From: Methanopyrus kandleri AV19
GTDB taxonomy: Archaea > JAADCQ01 > Methanopyri > Methanopyrales > Methanopyraceae
Direction: 5' to 3'
Length of the DNA: 32,000 bases
Assembly: GCF_000007185.1 (NCBI RefSeq)
Contig: NC_003551.1
Coordinates: forward strand, 1,590,001-1,622,000
The notes under the pieces are model-generated. The model made no database searches, was not told the origin of the DNA, and was given only the letters and a program-made list of their open reading frames with translations. Every line of letters begins with the position of its first letter. The first letter of the stretch is position 1. Made by a program: the position numbers and the translations under genes. Shown here in pieces: positions 1 through 8,549 of this stretch.

Positions 1-720
1 TCTGAACACGGTTTTCTCCGGCTTCTTGACTTCACCTGCCGCCTGCGTGCCCGTCTCGAAGCCCACGTACGCGAACACCAGCGTCGCGGCCGCCGAGAAT
101 ATCGCGCTGAGGGTACCTACGTCCTTCGGTAGTCCTCCAGCCTGAGATATCAGCGATTTCAGCGCGGTCGTTCCGCCGATCGCCTTGAGGTACTCGGCCG
201 GAGAGTGTGCGAATCCGTACCCGACTACGATGAAGAAACCCGTCAGCAGGATGAAGAACATCACATCGACGACGGCCTCGTAAATCCGGATTCCTAAGAC
301 GTTGACTAGCCACGTGAAGATGATGATAAGGGTCGCCACCTCGAGTGTGTGTGCGTTCAACCACTTCCCTGCCGCCGGTGCACCCCAGAACTTGCACATC
401 GCCGCCAACAGTGCCACGTCTCCGATCGCGATCGCTACGAAGGCTCCGATCTCGCCCACGAATCGGCTCCAAGAGCTGAAGAATGCCAAGAACGGGTCGA
501 ACAGTCGGCTCACGTACGTGTAGTGACCGCCTGCTCGTGGAACCGCCGCGCTGAGGGCTCCTGCTACGATACCGGCTACCAAGCTCGGAACGGCCCCGAT
601 CAAGAACGCCAACGGAACGTAAGGACCGACTCCCGGTGCCTTGACTTGGATCATACACGTCAGGACGTTGACTCCTCCTCCGATCACGGTACAACAAATC
701 GTTGAAATGAAACCCAACAT
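1..720 (-). CDS. APC-superfamily amino acid/polyamine permease, N-terminal part (gene continues beyond the left edge)
   Basis: Absent from the ORF track because no stop lies in the window. Hand translation of the minus strand from the ATG at 720-718 stays open to base 1 (240 codons): MLGFISTICCTVIGGGVNVLTCMIQVKAPGVGPYVPLAFLIGAVPSLVAGIVAGALSAAVPRAGGHYTYVSRLFDPFLAFFSSWSRFVGEIGAF...LVFAYVGFETGTQAAGEVKKPEKTVFR. It has a multi-TM hydrophobic pattern, and the GGxYxYV and FAYxGFE motifs are typical of APC transporters. The listed Arg-rich ORF 32..697(-) is the wrong frame of the same strand. Confidence 0.8.
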   Translation of the reverse strand, partial: MLGFISTICCTVIGGGVNVLTCMIQVKAPGVGPYVPLAFLIGAVPSLVAGIVAGALSAAVPRAGGHYTYVSRLFDPFLAFFSSWSRFVGEIGAFVAIAIGDVALLAAMCKFWGAPAAGKWLNAHTLEVATLIIIFTWLVNVLGIRIYEAVVDVMFFILLTGFFIVVGYGFAHSPAEYLKAIGGTTALKSLISQAGGLPKDVGTLSAIFSAAATLVFAYVGFETGTQAAGEVKKPEKTVFR

Positions 721-857
721 GGTGAGCTCTCGCCTGAGACCTACCTTCTCCATTTTAGCGTCCCCAGCCACTTCCGACCACCGCCCGGAAATCGCTTTCC
801 GGTTTTATCTTACCTATCCCGCAAAGGCCGGCGGATAGGAATTATAACCTTTCCGGT

Positions 858-1445
858 TCACCTTCGACCTTTGAGCGCGCCACGGGACTTTAAAAGTCGG
901 AACGCCTTTCTCACGGCGCGCCTGATTACGTCCCGCTTTCCGAGACCGCCCAGCGCCTTGGCGGCCTTACGAATGCTTCCGCATTCCACTAGGAGCTCCA
1001 ATAGTTCACGATCCCGTGGGCTCAGGGGGATATCCTCCTCGAGGGCCCGCTTGGCGATCTCGATGGGATCGTGACCCTCGTACGGAAGGTGCTCCGAAAG
1101 GATGGGTTCGTCGAAGCGCTCTACCCATTCGAACTCGATGATGGTGACGATATCGTCATCTCGGAGGTTCGGGTAGTGATCTCGAAGTGCCTTCAGCAAC
1201 TCCTCACGGTTTTCGAATCCGTCGAGATTGGCATCCTCGTCCGTCAGATCCCTGACTCTCTTTGTTCGAACGTTCGTGATCCTGACTTTTCCGTACACGT
1301 AGCCACCGCAGTGAATGTACACCACCTTACCGGGTCGCGCTCCAGGAACACGTCCCACTCGGATCGTCGCCCGTTTCTCACCCCGGAGGAGCTTATCCCT
1401 GTACTCACCGCTTATCTCTAGGTGCTTCGAGATTCCGTAGGTCAT
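858..1445 (-). CDS. ASCH (PUA-like) domain protein fused to a C-terminal helix-turn-helix
   Basis: 195 aa. The N-terminal ~105 aa (LLRGEKRATIRVGR...GKVVYIHCGG...VRITNVRTKRVRDLTDEDANLDGFENREELLKALRDHYP...VTIIEFEWV) fits the ASCH domain pattern. The C-terminal part (LSPRDRELLELLVECGSIRKAAKALGGLGKRDVIRRAVRKAFRLLK) looks like a LuxR/sigma70-region-4-type HTH. It lies directly downstream of rps2 on the same strand. Confidence 0.65.
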   Translation of the reverse strand: MTYGISKHLEISGEYRDKLLRGEKRATIRVGRVPGARPGKVVYIHCGGYVYGKVRITNVRTKRVRDLTDEDANLDGFENREELLKALRDHYPNLRDDDIVTIIEFEWVERFDEPILSEHLPYEGHDPIEIAKRALEEDIPLSPRDRELLELLVECGSIRKAAKALGGLGKRDVIRRAVRKAFRLLKSRGALKGRR

Positions 1446-1463
1446 GGGGGCGTGGACCCCGGT

Positions 1464-2075
1464 TCACCGCGGAGGTGGCCCCTCGAAGTCCTCCGGGTCG
1501 TACTCGAACTCCTCGTCTTCCTCCAGACGACCCAGCTTTTTCAGGAGCTCGCGGGCCAGCAGCCAGTACACCAGGGCCAGCGCCTTCCTACCCTTGTTGT
1601 TCGTTGGAATCGCCAGGTCCACGTTACCCGTGAAGTTGTCCGTGTCGCACAGTGCCACGATCGGGATCCCGACGCTCTGTGCCTCGACGAGTGCCTGGAA
1701 GTCCGCACGCGGATCCGTGAGGACGATCACCTCGGGCTCCAGGTATCCATCGTACTCGGGGTTCGTCAATGTGCCGGGCACGAACCTGCCCGGAATCGCG
1801 GTGGTCCCGGTGGCCTCGGCGAACTTGCTGACGGGCTTCTGACCGTAGTAGCGCCTGGACACTACCAGTATCTCGTCGGTGTTGTACATGGACAGGAAGT
1901 TGGCCGCGATCCGGATGCGCTCATCGGTCTTGCGTACGTCGATGACGTGGAGTCCGTCGGCCCGCGTCCTGTAAATGAACGGCTCCATGTCCTTCGTCTT
2001 CTGCTGGGTACCGATGTGCACACCTGCCGCCAGGTAGTCGTTCAGCGGAACGAGCAGGTCGTCGTTTTCGGACAT
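1464..2075 (-). CDS. rps2: 30S ribosomal protein uS2
   Basis: 203 aa: [55 protein letters not shown]...IVALCDTDN is canonical archaeal S2. A GGGGGTGA RBS precedes the ATG. Confidence 0.95.
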   Translation of the reverse strand: MSENDDLLVPLNDYLAAGVHIGTQQKTKDMEPFIYRTRADGLHVIDVRKTDERIRIAANFLSMYNTDEILVVSRRYYGQKPVSKFAEATGTTAIPGRFVPGTLTNPEYDGYLEPEVIVLTDPRADFQALVEAQSVGIPIVALCDTDNFTGNVDLAIPTNNKGRKALALVYWLLARELLKKLGRLEEDEEFEYDPEDFEGPPPR

Positions 2076-2111
2076 CGAGTCACCCCCGGAAGATACGTCC
2101 GGGGAGAGGGG

Positions 2112-2303
2112 TTACACCTCGACTTCGATGGCACCGTGTGGACAAGCCTGCTCGCAGAGGCCACAGCCGGTGCAGTCATCCTCGTTCACGACGACCGGCT
2201 TGTCGTCCTCTTCGTCGAGGACGTCCATCGGGCAGGCTTCGATACATTCACCACACTCCGATACTCCGACGCACGCGTCGTAGTCGATCACGACCTTCGG
2301 CAC
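2112..2303 (-). CDS. 2x[4Fe-4S] ferredoxin
   Basis: 63 aa with two Cys clusters, CVGVSECGECIEACP and CTGCGLCEQACP. Confidence 0.9.
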   Translation of the reverse strand: MPKVVIDYDACVGVSECGECIEACPMDVLDEEDDKPVVVNEDDCTGCGLCEQACPHGAIEVEV

Positions 2304-2326
2304 CTTCCCTTACCCCCGCATACCCT

Positions 2327-2497
2327 CTATCTGCGGATCACCACGACGGGCACAACGCCCTCGTCGAACTCCCTTTTAGCAATTTCCAGCGGGTCCTCAT
2401 CGCCTTCGACCTCTACCAGCACAGGTGATCCCATAGCGATCTGAAGGGCACGTGCTCCAACGATCCTTGCGATCTCGAACCGTGTCAGATCCTCCAT
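2327..2497 (-). CDS. rpoK: DNA-directed RNA polymerase subunit Rpo6 (RpoK)
   Basis: Below the ORF-track size cut-off. Hand translation from the ATG at 2497-2495 gives [56 protein letters not shown], with the stop at 2329-2327. [20 protein letters not shown] is the hallmark of the Rpo6/omega family. An rpoK...rps2 neighbourhood is common in archaea. Confidence 0.85.
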   Translation of the reverse strand: MEDLTRFEIARIVGARALQIAMGSPVLVEVEGDEDPLEIAKREFDEGVVPVVVIRR

Positions 2498-2623
2498 AGG
2501 ATACTCCCCCGTGGATCTTGGGCCGGAACTGTTTATACGTTGCTTGAGTACACAATACGTGAACTCTAAAACTCAAATAGTGAACAAGGTTCTTCATCCC
2601 TTACGCGGGGCTCGGATAAGCGT

Positions 2624-3769
2624 GTGTCCGGGAACCCCTCGGGGGCACTTCAGAGGGTGAACGATCTAGAGCTCGATCCGATTGGGCTCCTGAAGGATGC
2701 CGTAGCCACTCCGAGTGTAACCGGAGAGGAACACGAGATGACTCGCCTCCTGACGGAAGTGTTAGACGAGCACGGCGTGCCTTACGAGGTGGACGAGATG
2801 GGCAACGTCCTCGCGGGTGACCTGAGCGGACTGGTGCTGAACGCACACCTCGACACGGTTCCTCCGGGCGACGGGTGGGAAGTTACGGACCCCTTCGATC
2901 CCACCATCCGCAACGGGAAGCTGTACGGACGCGGTGCGGCCGACTGTAAGGGAGGACTGGCGGCTGCGACGGCGGCGGTGGTTCAAGGGTACTACGAGGA
3001 GATGCCGATGGGCCTGTTGGCGACTGTCGGGGAAGAGTCGAGTAGTGAGGAGGACAACGGGACCCTCCACGTCTGCAGGACCCGTGAGTTGGAGGCTCGA
3101 GCCGGAATAGTGTGTGAGCCGACGGACGGTCGAGTTCACGTGGGTGATCGAGGAAGGATCACCCTTCGAGTCACGGTGCGGGGTCGCAGTGCCCACGCCT
3201 CGACCCCGGAGATGGGAAAGAACCCTATCGAAGCCGCATCTCGCGTCGTGGAGGCGCTCTCCAAGTTGAGGCCTACGGAGTACAGACTACCGGAAATCGG
3301 CACCGTGAGGTCGGACTTAACGGTCACCAGAATCGAAGCGGACGGGCCTTCGAACGTTATACCGGAGCGGTGTGAGATGACCGTGGATTACAGGACGGTA
3401 CCCGGAGAGAGTACGAAGGAAGTGAAGAGGCGGGTCGAGAGGGTCGCCAAGCGGGCTGTGCCCTCGGGGTTCGAGGTGAGTGTGGGTATAGAGTCGGCTT
3501 CTCGGGCCACAGTTGTGAACGTTGAGGCACCGGTGGTTAAGGCTGCGGTAATCGCCGCTCGTAAGGTCGGCTTACCGGGTAAGCTAGACTTCAAACGGGG
3601 ACACTGTGACATCGAGTACTTGGTGCATGAAGCCGGACTAGACGCCGTGATCCTGGGTCCCAGTGGTGGAAACATCCACGGACCGGACGAGTGGGTCAAA
3701 GTGGAGGATGTTGTGCGGTGCGCCCGAGCATATCTGGCGTGTGCGAACCTCCTCCCCACACCACATTAG
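2624..3769 (+). CDS. M20-family metallopeptidase/deacylase (ArgE/DapE/LysK-like)
   Basis: 381 aa: PSVTGEEHEMTRLL...NAHLDTVPPGDGW...GRGAADCKGGLAA...EESSSEE matches M20 metal-binding and catalytic motifs. The start is uncertain (GTG 2624, or GTG 2657 giving VNDLELD...). Confidence 0.8.
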   Translation: MSGNPSGALQRVNDLELDPIGLLKDAVATPSVTGEEHEMTRLLTEVLDEHGVPYEVDEMGNVLAGDLSGLVLNAHLDTVPPGDGWEVTDPFDPTIRNGKLYGRGAADCKGGLAAATAAVVQGYYEEMPMGLLATVGEESSSEEDNGTLHVCRTRELEARAGIVCEPTDGRVHVGDRGRITLRVTVRGRSAHASTPEMGKNPIEAASRVVEALSKLRPTEYRLPEIGTVRSDLTVTRIEADGPSNVIPERCEMTVDYRTVPGESTKEVKRRVERVAKRAVPSGFEVSVGIESASRATVVNVEAPVVKAAVIAARKVGLPGKLDFKRGHCDIEYLVHEAGLDAVILGPSGGNIHGPDEWVKVEDVVRCARAYLACANLLPTPH

Positions 3770-4827
3770 CCGGGGGCGATCAGGTCCAGGACCAGGTCGC
3801 GGAACTCCTCCTCCATCTTGATCGGATCGGCTGCCGGCAGCCCGAACTCGTCCTCGATTCTTTCACATACCTCGCGAACCTCTTCCTCCGAGTAATCCTT
3901 GCCGTTCACGCTCACGAATTGTACCCTCGCTCCCGTGAGCAGCGTGACTACTTCGACGACGTCCTGAAGCCCGTTAAGCAGTTCCGGCCGTGTAGCCACG
4001 ACCATGCGGTCCGGGTCGCTACCTAGCAAGATAGTGAGCGCGGCTAGAGACCCACCGCGTCCCGTACCCACTTCTAACGGGTCAGCGGTGACCCCTGTCT
4101 GCGCACCTACGAGGATCAAGTCGGGTTCGTACTCCTCGTCCAGCTTCTTCACCGCACCGTAAACGGTACCGGCCGCGTGAGCCATCGGTAGGACCTGGGG
4201 GATCACCATAGCCTCCGAGCCCGTGAGCAGGCTGCTAGGTTCGGTCCCTACCGAACGTACGTTGATACCCTCTTCCTCCAGGATCCTCCTGGCCGTGTTC
4301 AAGGTGGTGAACTTCCCTGTACGGCGGCCGGTACCTACGATCGAAACTACGTCGGCGTTCACGCCCTCCTCACGCGCCTTCATTCCGTAGTGAAGGTATT
4401 CCAGGTAAAGTTCGGGATCGCTCGTGTCGAAGTACTGGACCCCCCTCTTATGGGCCTCCAACTTCCAGTTCGGATCCTGGGCGACCATGTGGAGACGGCC
4501 CATGTTGTACACGTTAACGCCTTTCACGACGGCCTCGTCCACGGCCTCTCGCCATTTGAGGTAGTGCACGTCCTCATCGAGGACTTCCTTGGTCCATATC
4601 AGCCACTCCGCTTCCTCGAGCAGTTCCTCCAGATCCTCCATCGGTCTGATCTCGAGCTCGGGAACGTCGTCACCGACGAGCTCTTTGGTAGTTTTTCCGA
4701 CCTTCTCCTCCCGATAGTCGCAAATACCGACGATCTCGATGTCCGCGAACCTCAGGATTCCGGCGGCCACCTTGGTGAACGGCACCATCACGGCCCGAGT
4801 GACTTCGGGATGTTCCAACGGCTTCAC
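3766..4827 (-). CDS. DUF1611 / COG3367-family protein (P-loop-like, DgcN-related)
   Basis: 353 aa. The segment VSIVGTGRRTGKFTTLNTARRILEEEGINV resembles the GTdcavGK(m)tT motif I associate with DUF1611. Its stop codon overlaps the convergent M20 stop (TTAG at 3766-3769). Confidence 0.55.
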   Translation of the reverse strand: MKPLEHPEVTRAVMVPFTKVAAGILRFADIEIVGICDYREEKVGKTTKELVGDDVPELEIRPMEDLEELLEEAEWLIWTKEVLDEDVHYLKWREAVDEAVVKGVNVYNMGRLHMVAQDPNWKLEAHKRGVQYFDTSDPELYLEYLHYGMKAREEGVNADVVSIVGTGRRTGKFTTLNTARRILEEEGINVRSVGTEPSSLLTGSEAMVIPQVLPMAHAAGTVYGAVKKLDEEYEPDLILVGAQTGVTADPLEVGTGRGGSLAALTILLGSDPDRMVVATRPELLNGLQDVVEVVTLLTGARVQFVSVNGKDYSEEEVREVCERIEDEFGLPAADPIKMEEEFRDLVLDLIAPG

Positions 4828-4853
4828 CCCGTTCGGATGCCGTAGCGGAGTGT

Positions 4854-6443
4854 TTAACCGGTGAGATCTACGATCGTAAACCTACGCTTCGGATTCTCGT
4901 ACTCATCCCGACGCATGTTCAGTACGATGACGCGGCCGACCGTGGGGCTTATTCCGACTTTTTTCTGGAACTCAGTCTGTTCTTGGAACGTGGCCGTCGA
5001 TATCACGTTGCAGCCGTTCCAAACCTCGACGGCGCTCACGTGGGTGTGTCCCACGGCAAGGACGTGCGGAAGTTTCCGTATCGCGAGGTAATCCTCCGGA
5101 AGGGGAGCTATCGGAACGGACCCTCCGTATATAGGTACCAGGTGACGCGCGCGGAGGCACAGCTTGACGGCCTTCCTTACCCCGTCCGGGTTGTGTTCCG
5201 CGTCGGGGTGGTCGATGATTATATCGTCCAGGGACTGCCCGTGGAACAGGAGCACGTCTAGTTCTCCGTGGATCCGCACGAGTGCGGGATTGGAAGGCAG
5301 GTGGACGCCGTCGAGCTCGGTGAGTGGTTGAGCCGGATCCGAGGAGCTGAGGCTCGGCTGTGGGAGCGCTTGTCGGAGGGCATCGTGGTTCCCCGGTATC
5401 ACGATCACCTCGACCCAGTCCGGCAGGAGTTCTAGGTACTCCGCGAACCGCTGATATTGCTCGTCTATATCGGCGATCTCGAGCTCCTCGCGCTGACCCG
5501 GGTATATCCCGATTCCGTCGACAACATCTCCGGTCACTATGACGTACTTCACGCGGCTCGCCACTGGGTCGTTCGGGTCGTTCAACCACTCCAAGAACCT
5601 GCGGAAGAGATCCTCCCTGAACTTCTTCGATCCGATGTGCACGTCTCCGATGAAGACGGCCTTCACGTCGTCCTCCACGGCCGGAACTCGGCTCTTGTGG
5701 TCTCCCTCACCCGGTAACGTCACCTCACCGTACCGGTCGCCGACGAACATCACGGGGCCGCGCTCGACTTTGACGAACCCCTTGACGCCGATCACCATCC
5801 CGGGGGCGACGTCGCGCCTGACCTTCTCCGAGATTTTCGGGGCTTTAGGTTTCGAGATCACCACCCGGACCTTTCCCGCCTCATCCTCCAAGTCGAGGAG
5901 GAACGCGCGCTCCGTCTCTCGGAGGCCCGTCACCACTCCGGCGACGCAGTAATTCCCGGGTTCACGGCGCGCCCGCTCCACGAGCTCTCCGATGTCCTTC
6001 ACCCATTCTCCGTCGAGCTTGGCTTTAACGAGTGGTCGGAGTTTCTCGAGACGATCTCGGAAGTGCGCCACGAATCCCTCCACACTACCATTCGCGGACA
6101 CGGAACGTGCCTCTTCGAGGATTTCCACCTCCGCGTCGACCTCGGCGGCAGGGGGCAACTTGGAGGGACGCTCCGCCCGCGGGCGCGCCTCATGTTCCTC
6201 TTCACTTTCTTCCGCTTCGAGTATCTCGTAAACGTCCCCTTCCATCCCCTCGAGGAAGTCCGGATCCACCTCTCCTCGGATCAGCTGAGCGGTGAACACG
6301 GGAAGATCCACCTCATCCGATTTCTCAAGTACCTCGGGGGCGTCATCTTCATCCTCCAGCTCTCGGAGCGCTTCGGGTGTTAAGAGTACGCCGTACTCTT
6401 CCGCGACTTTGCGCGCCAGTTGTTTAGTCTCCTCACCTTTCAC
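4854..6443 (-). CDS. polB: DNA polymerase II (PolD) small subunit DP1
   Basis: 529 aa. The C-terminal calcineurin-like phosphoesterase motifs (AVFIGDVHIGS, VIVTGDVVDG, VIPGNHDA, GHTH) and an N-terminal acidic region are typical of archaeal DP1. GTG start. Confidence 0.9.
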   Translation of the reverse strand: MKGEETKQLARKVAEEYGVLLTPEALRELEDEDDAPEVLEKSDEVDLPVFTAQLIRGEVDPDFLEGMEGDVYEILEAEESEEEHEARPRAERPSKLPPAAEVDAEVEILEEARSVSANGSVEGFVAHFRDRLEKLRPLVKAKLDGEWVKDIGELVERARREPGNYCVAGVVTGLRETERAFLLDLEDEAGKVRVVISKPKAPKISEKVRRDVAPGMVIGVKGFVKVERGPVMFVGDRYGEVTLPGEGDHKSRVPAVEDDVKAVFIGDVHIGSKKFREDLFRRFLEWLNDPNDPVASRVKYVIVTGDVVDGIGIYPGQREELEIADIDEQYQRFAEYLELLPDWVEVIVIPGNHDALRQALPQPSLSSSDPAQPLTELDGVHLPSNPALVRIHGELDVLLFHGQSLDDIIIDHPDAEHNPDGVRKAVKLCLRARHLVPIYGGSVPIAPLPEDYLAIRKLPHVLAVGHTHVSAVEVWNGCNVISTATFQEQTEFQKKVGISPTVGRVIVLNMRRDEYENPKRRFTIVDLTG

Positions 6444-6506
6444 GGAACTCCCCCCGAAACGGGATTAAGACGGGGGCCGGCGTGGCCGTTCGGGGGCCGT
6501 CCCGGG

Positions 6507-7112
6507 TTGCGGCCAGTAGTATGGACGGTGCGGATAGCGGCCGCCGCGATCATCCTCGTAGCGATGACGGCTTCCGGGTTCCTTTTCGCCGTGTCGCTGA
6601 CCGGGAAGTCCCCGGTCGATCCTCAGTTAGTTATGAGAATGTCCTCCGACCTGGCACGAGGTGACTACGATGCGTTCAACCGTGATTTCGCAATGGCGTA
6701 TCTACAGCTAACGTCTAGGCTCCATGAAGGTTTACAAACGTTACTAGAGTACCTCGGAATTAAGGCTAAATTCATAAAGGAAGAGGTCAAGAAGAAACTA
6801 TTTAGGTATAGAGTTAGGGTTGTTAACTCGGAAGATGTTTGCACTAAATTGACGGAACTAGCGCATGTTGATGATATTGCTAAAGGTAAGTTAATGGTAT
6901 ATGCAGATACGAAATCCGAACCGAATAAGGGTACAAAAGTACTAATAAAGGCCATTGGATATGTGGAAAAAGTGAAGATTAAAGGCGAAACTATAATTAT
7001 ATATTCGACACCCTACTACATTGAAGCCGAGGGAATGGGTATTTACAATGGGGATAAAGAGGTTATTATCGATGTGAACACCATCAAGCTTCGGCAGGTG
7101 AGGAGATTATGA
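6507..7112 (+). CDS. membrane-anchored hypothetical protein, low-GC body (possibly NTF2/DUF4878-like ectodomain)
   Basis: The signal-anchor segment RIAAAAIILVAMTASGFLFAVSL is followed by SPVDPQLVMRMSSDLARGDYDAFNRDFAMAY and a Lys/Ile-rich beta-type C-terminus. Start uncertain (TTG 6507, GTG 6528; the track gives 6420). The stop overlaps the next gene's start (ATGA at 7109-7112), which has a strong GGTGAGGAG RBS. Confidence 0.55.
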   Translation: MRPVVWTVRIAAAAIILVAMTASGFLFAVSLTGKSPVDPQLVMRMSSDLARGDYDAFNRDFAMAYLQLTSRLHEGLQTLLEYLGIKAKFIKEEVKKKLFRYRVRVVNSEDVCTKLTELAHVDDIAKGKLMVYADTKSEPNKGTKVLIKAIGYVEKVKIKGETIIIYSTPYYIEAEGMGIYNGDKEVIIDVNTIKLRQVRRL

Positions 7113-7681
7113 AGGTACCTTCCAGCTCACTTGCGGGATTGAGGAGAACCGTCGCAGAACTGTGTAAGGAGGTACATCGGGCCGGTCTTACGATAGGAGG
7201 ATCAGGGAACGTTAGCGTGCGCTCTGGTCGCTACGTAGCGGTATCGCCCTCCGGGTTCAGATTATCTGATGTGCGCCCACGGCACGTGCCGATCGTCGAC
7301 GTAGAGGGTCGCGAGGTCCTGGGGACCACGAAACCCACATCGGAATTGCTCATGCACCTATCTCTGTACCGAGAAGTCGGTGATGGGGTCGTAATTCACA
7401 CTCATTCACCGTACTTGACGGCACTGGTTCACTCCGGGAACCGTCCGCCGGAGACAGAGGATCTTCGGAGATCCGTCGGAGAAATCGTGTGGGTGGAATA
7501 CCAGCCGCCCGGAAGCGAGCGTCTAGCTGAAGCCGTGGCGAAAGTAGCCCGTAAACCCATGGTAGCCGCACTGGAGCGTCATGGCGGTCTCGTCGTCGCG
7601 GATAGACCCGAAGCGGCCTTGAGACTCGCGGAAGCCTTAGAGGAGGCGGCCAGGCTGGCCGTACTTAGACCTCATCCTTAA
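7109..7681 (+). CDS. class II aldolase/adducin-family protein (FucA / MTRu-1-P dehydratase-like)
   Basis: 190 aa: GGSGNVSVR...VAVSPSG...PTSELLMHLSLYRE...VVIHTHSPYLTAL fits the class II aldolase fold with its zinc-binding His residues. Confidence 0.8.
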   Translation: MKVPSSSLAGLRRTVAELCKEVHRAGLTIGGSGNVSVRSGRYVAVSPSGFRLSDVRPRHVPIVDVEGREVLGTTKPTSELLMHLSLYREVGDGVVIHTHSPYLTALVHSGNRPPETEDLRRSVGEIVWVEYQPPGSERLAEAVAKVARKPMVAALERHGGLVVADRPEAALRLAEALEEAARLAVLRPHP

Positions 7682-7934
7682 CTTGTTCGAGGGTTGCTAT
7701 CACTTGCAAGAGCACGGTGCGGGCGTATTCGGGGGTGTTTTGGTCGTTCACCACTTCCTCCAGGGTGGAGATGGCCGTGCTGGCCCGGACGCCGGGGGAC
7801 TGTCCCTCTTCTTTCAACGCCTCGATCGCTTGCTTGGCCGCACGGCGCACGTTCCTCGGGATCTGGTCGTCTTGAATAATCCGCTGCTCCAACAGGGTGC
7901 AACACTGTTCGAACTTCTCTTCGTAGTCCGACAA
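7665..7934 (-). CDS. UPF0147-family small helical protein
   Basis: The C-terminal 89 codons of track ORF 7665..8321(-) read LSDYEEKFEQCCTLLEQRIIQDDQIPRNVRRAAKQAIEALKEEGQSPGVRASTAISTLEEVVNDQNTPEYARTVLLQVIATLEQV. This matches the archaeal UPF0147 pattern (VPRNIRRAA...GVRAATAIS.LDE). The TTG at 7934 is preceded by GGAGGGGGGTGG. An alternative GTG at 7979 would give 104 aa. Confidence 0.7.
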   Translation of the reverse strand: MSDYEEKFEQCCTLLEQRIIQDDQIPRNVRRAAKQAIEALKEEGQSPGVRASTAISTLEEVVNDQNTPEYARTVLLQVIATLEQVKDEV

Positions 7935-8025
7935 GTCGCCACCCCCCTCCGATGAGGACTGTTGCCGGGCCTCCGACACCTTGAAAAAAATCTTTCGGAA
8001 CGGGGGTTTCGGGGGACCGTTCCTC

Positions 8026-8511
8026 ATGCGTTCCGGAATAAACCGAGACGTAATCGAGGTACTGATGGACGTATACGGCTTGACAGAACGACAGGCTACA
8101 GTTTCGGTCATGAGATCGGAAGGGATGTCGTATCGGGAAATAGCTGAGGAGCTGGGAATTACGGTGTCGGGCGTAAGGAACCACTTAGAACAGGCTCGGA
8201 TGAAGATGAAAGTAGATAATGACTTCCAGATAGCTAGGATCATAGGCAAGCTTGAAATGAGTTTAGGACCGGCGCTAGTCATTGCTATAGTTCCGGTTGA
8301 TAAGTCGGAGGATGTTATCAACAGACTAATTCAGGAAGGCGAAGGAGTTACGGAAATGACTGGACGTGGTGGGTACACAGGTGAAGAACAGTCTGTTCTG
8401 TTTATTATTACAGAGGACGAGAAGAAGGTACGTGAGATAATTGAAGAGGAGGTTGGACGAGAGGTCCCGATGTTCGTGATGAGAGCACCGGCAGCGTTCC
8501 CTTCACCCTGA
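8026..8511 (+). CDS. predicted transcription regulator: LuxR/sigma70-r4-type HTH fused to a DUF2179 (PII-like) domain
   Basis: HTH: LTERQATVSVMRSEGMSYREIAEELGITVSGVRNHLEQARMKM. C-terminal domain: VIAIVPVDKSEDVINRLIQEGEGVTEMTGRGGYTGEEQSVLFIITEDEKKVREIIEEEVGREVPMFVMRAPAAF, which matches the DUF2179 signature (rGvTvl.g.GgYtgee..vl..vv). Start ATG 8026, or ATG 8065 (preceded by GAGGTA); the track start at 7981 is a TTG. Confidence 0.6.
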   Translation: MRSGINRDVIEVLMDVYGLTERQATVSVMRSEGMSYREIAEELGITVSGVRNHLEQARMKMKVDNDFQIARIIGKLEMSLGPALVIAIVPVDKSEDVINRLIQEGEGVTEMTGRGGYTGEEQSVLFIITEDEKKVREIIEEEVGREVPMFVMRAPAAFPSP

Positions 8512-8549
8512 GGGGGAATCCCGACATCAAGAGGTCAGATCTGAACAAG

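Noticed and set aside
32-697. 221-aa ORF (minus strand) and the 73-118 aa plus-strand ORFs over the first 700 bp
   Set aside because: They are Arg/Ser/Gly-rich with no hydrophobic core. A different minus-strand frame gives a clean APC-permease sequence open from 720 to base 1, so these are off-frame or antisense shadows typical of GC-rich DNA.
1422-2444. 340-aa plus-strand ORF
   Set aside because: It runs antisense across rps2, the ferredoxin gene and rpoK, all of which have unmistakable family signatures. Its composition (Arg/Val/Leu/Gly-rich) is that of an antisense frame.
4972-5589. 205-aa Arg/Pro-rich ORF, with further shadow ORFs inside the PolD small-subunit gene (4861-6383)
   Set aside because: Same-strand off-frame or opposite-strand shadows of a well-supported 529-aa DP1 gene. 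Arg/Pro/Gly or Ser/Thr/Pro-rich low-complexity composition.
7935-8321. N-terminal 129 codons of the 218-aa ORF 7665..8321(-)
   Set aside because: This part is antisense to the HTH-DUF2179 gene and is Ser/Thr/Ile-rich with no family resemblance. The UPF0147 homology begins only after an SD-preceded TTG at 7934.
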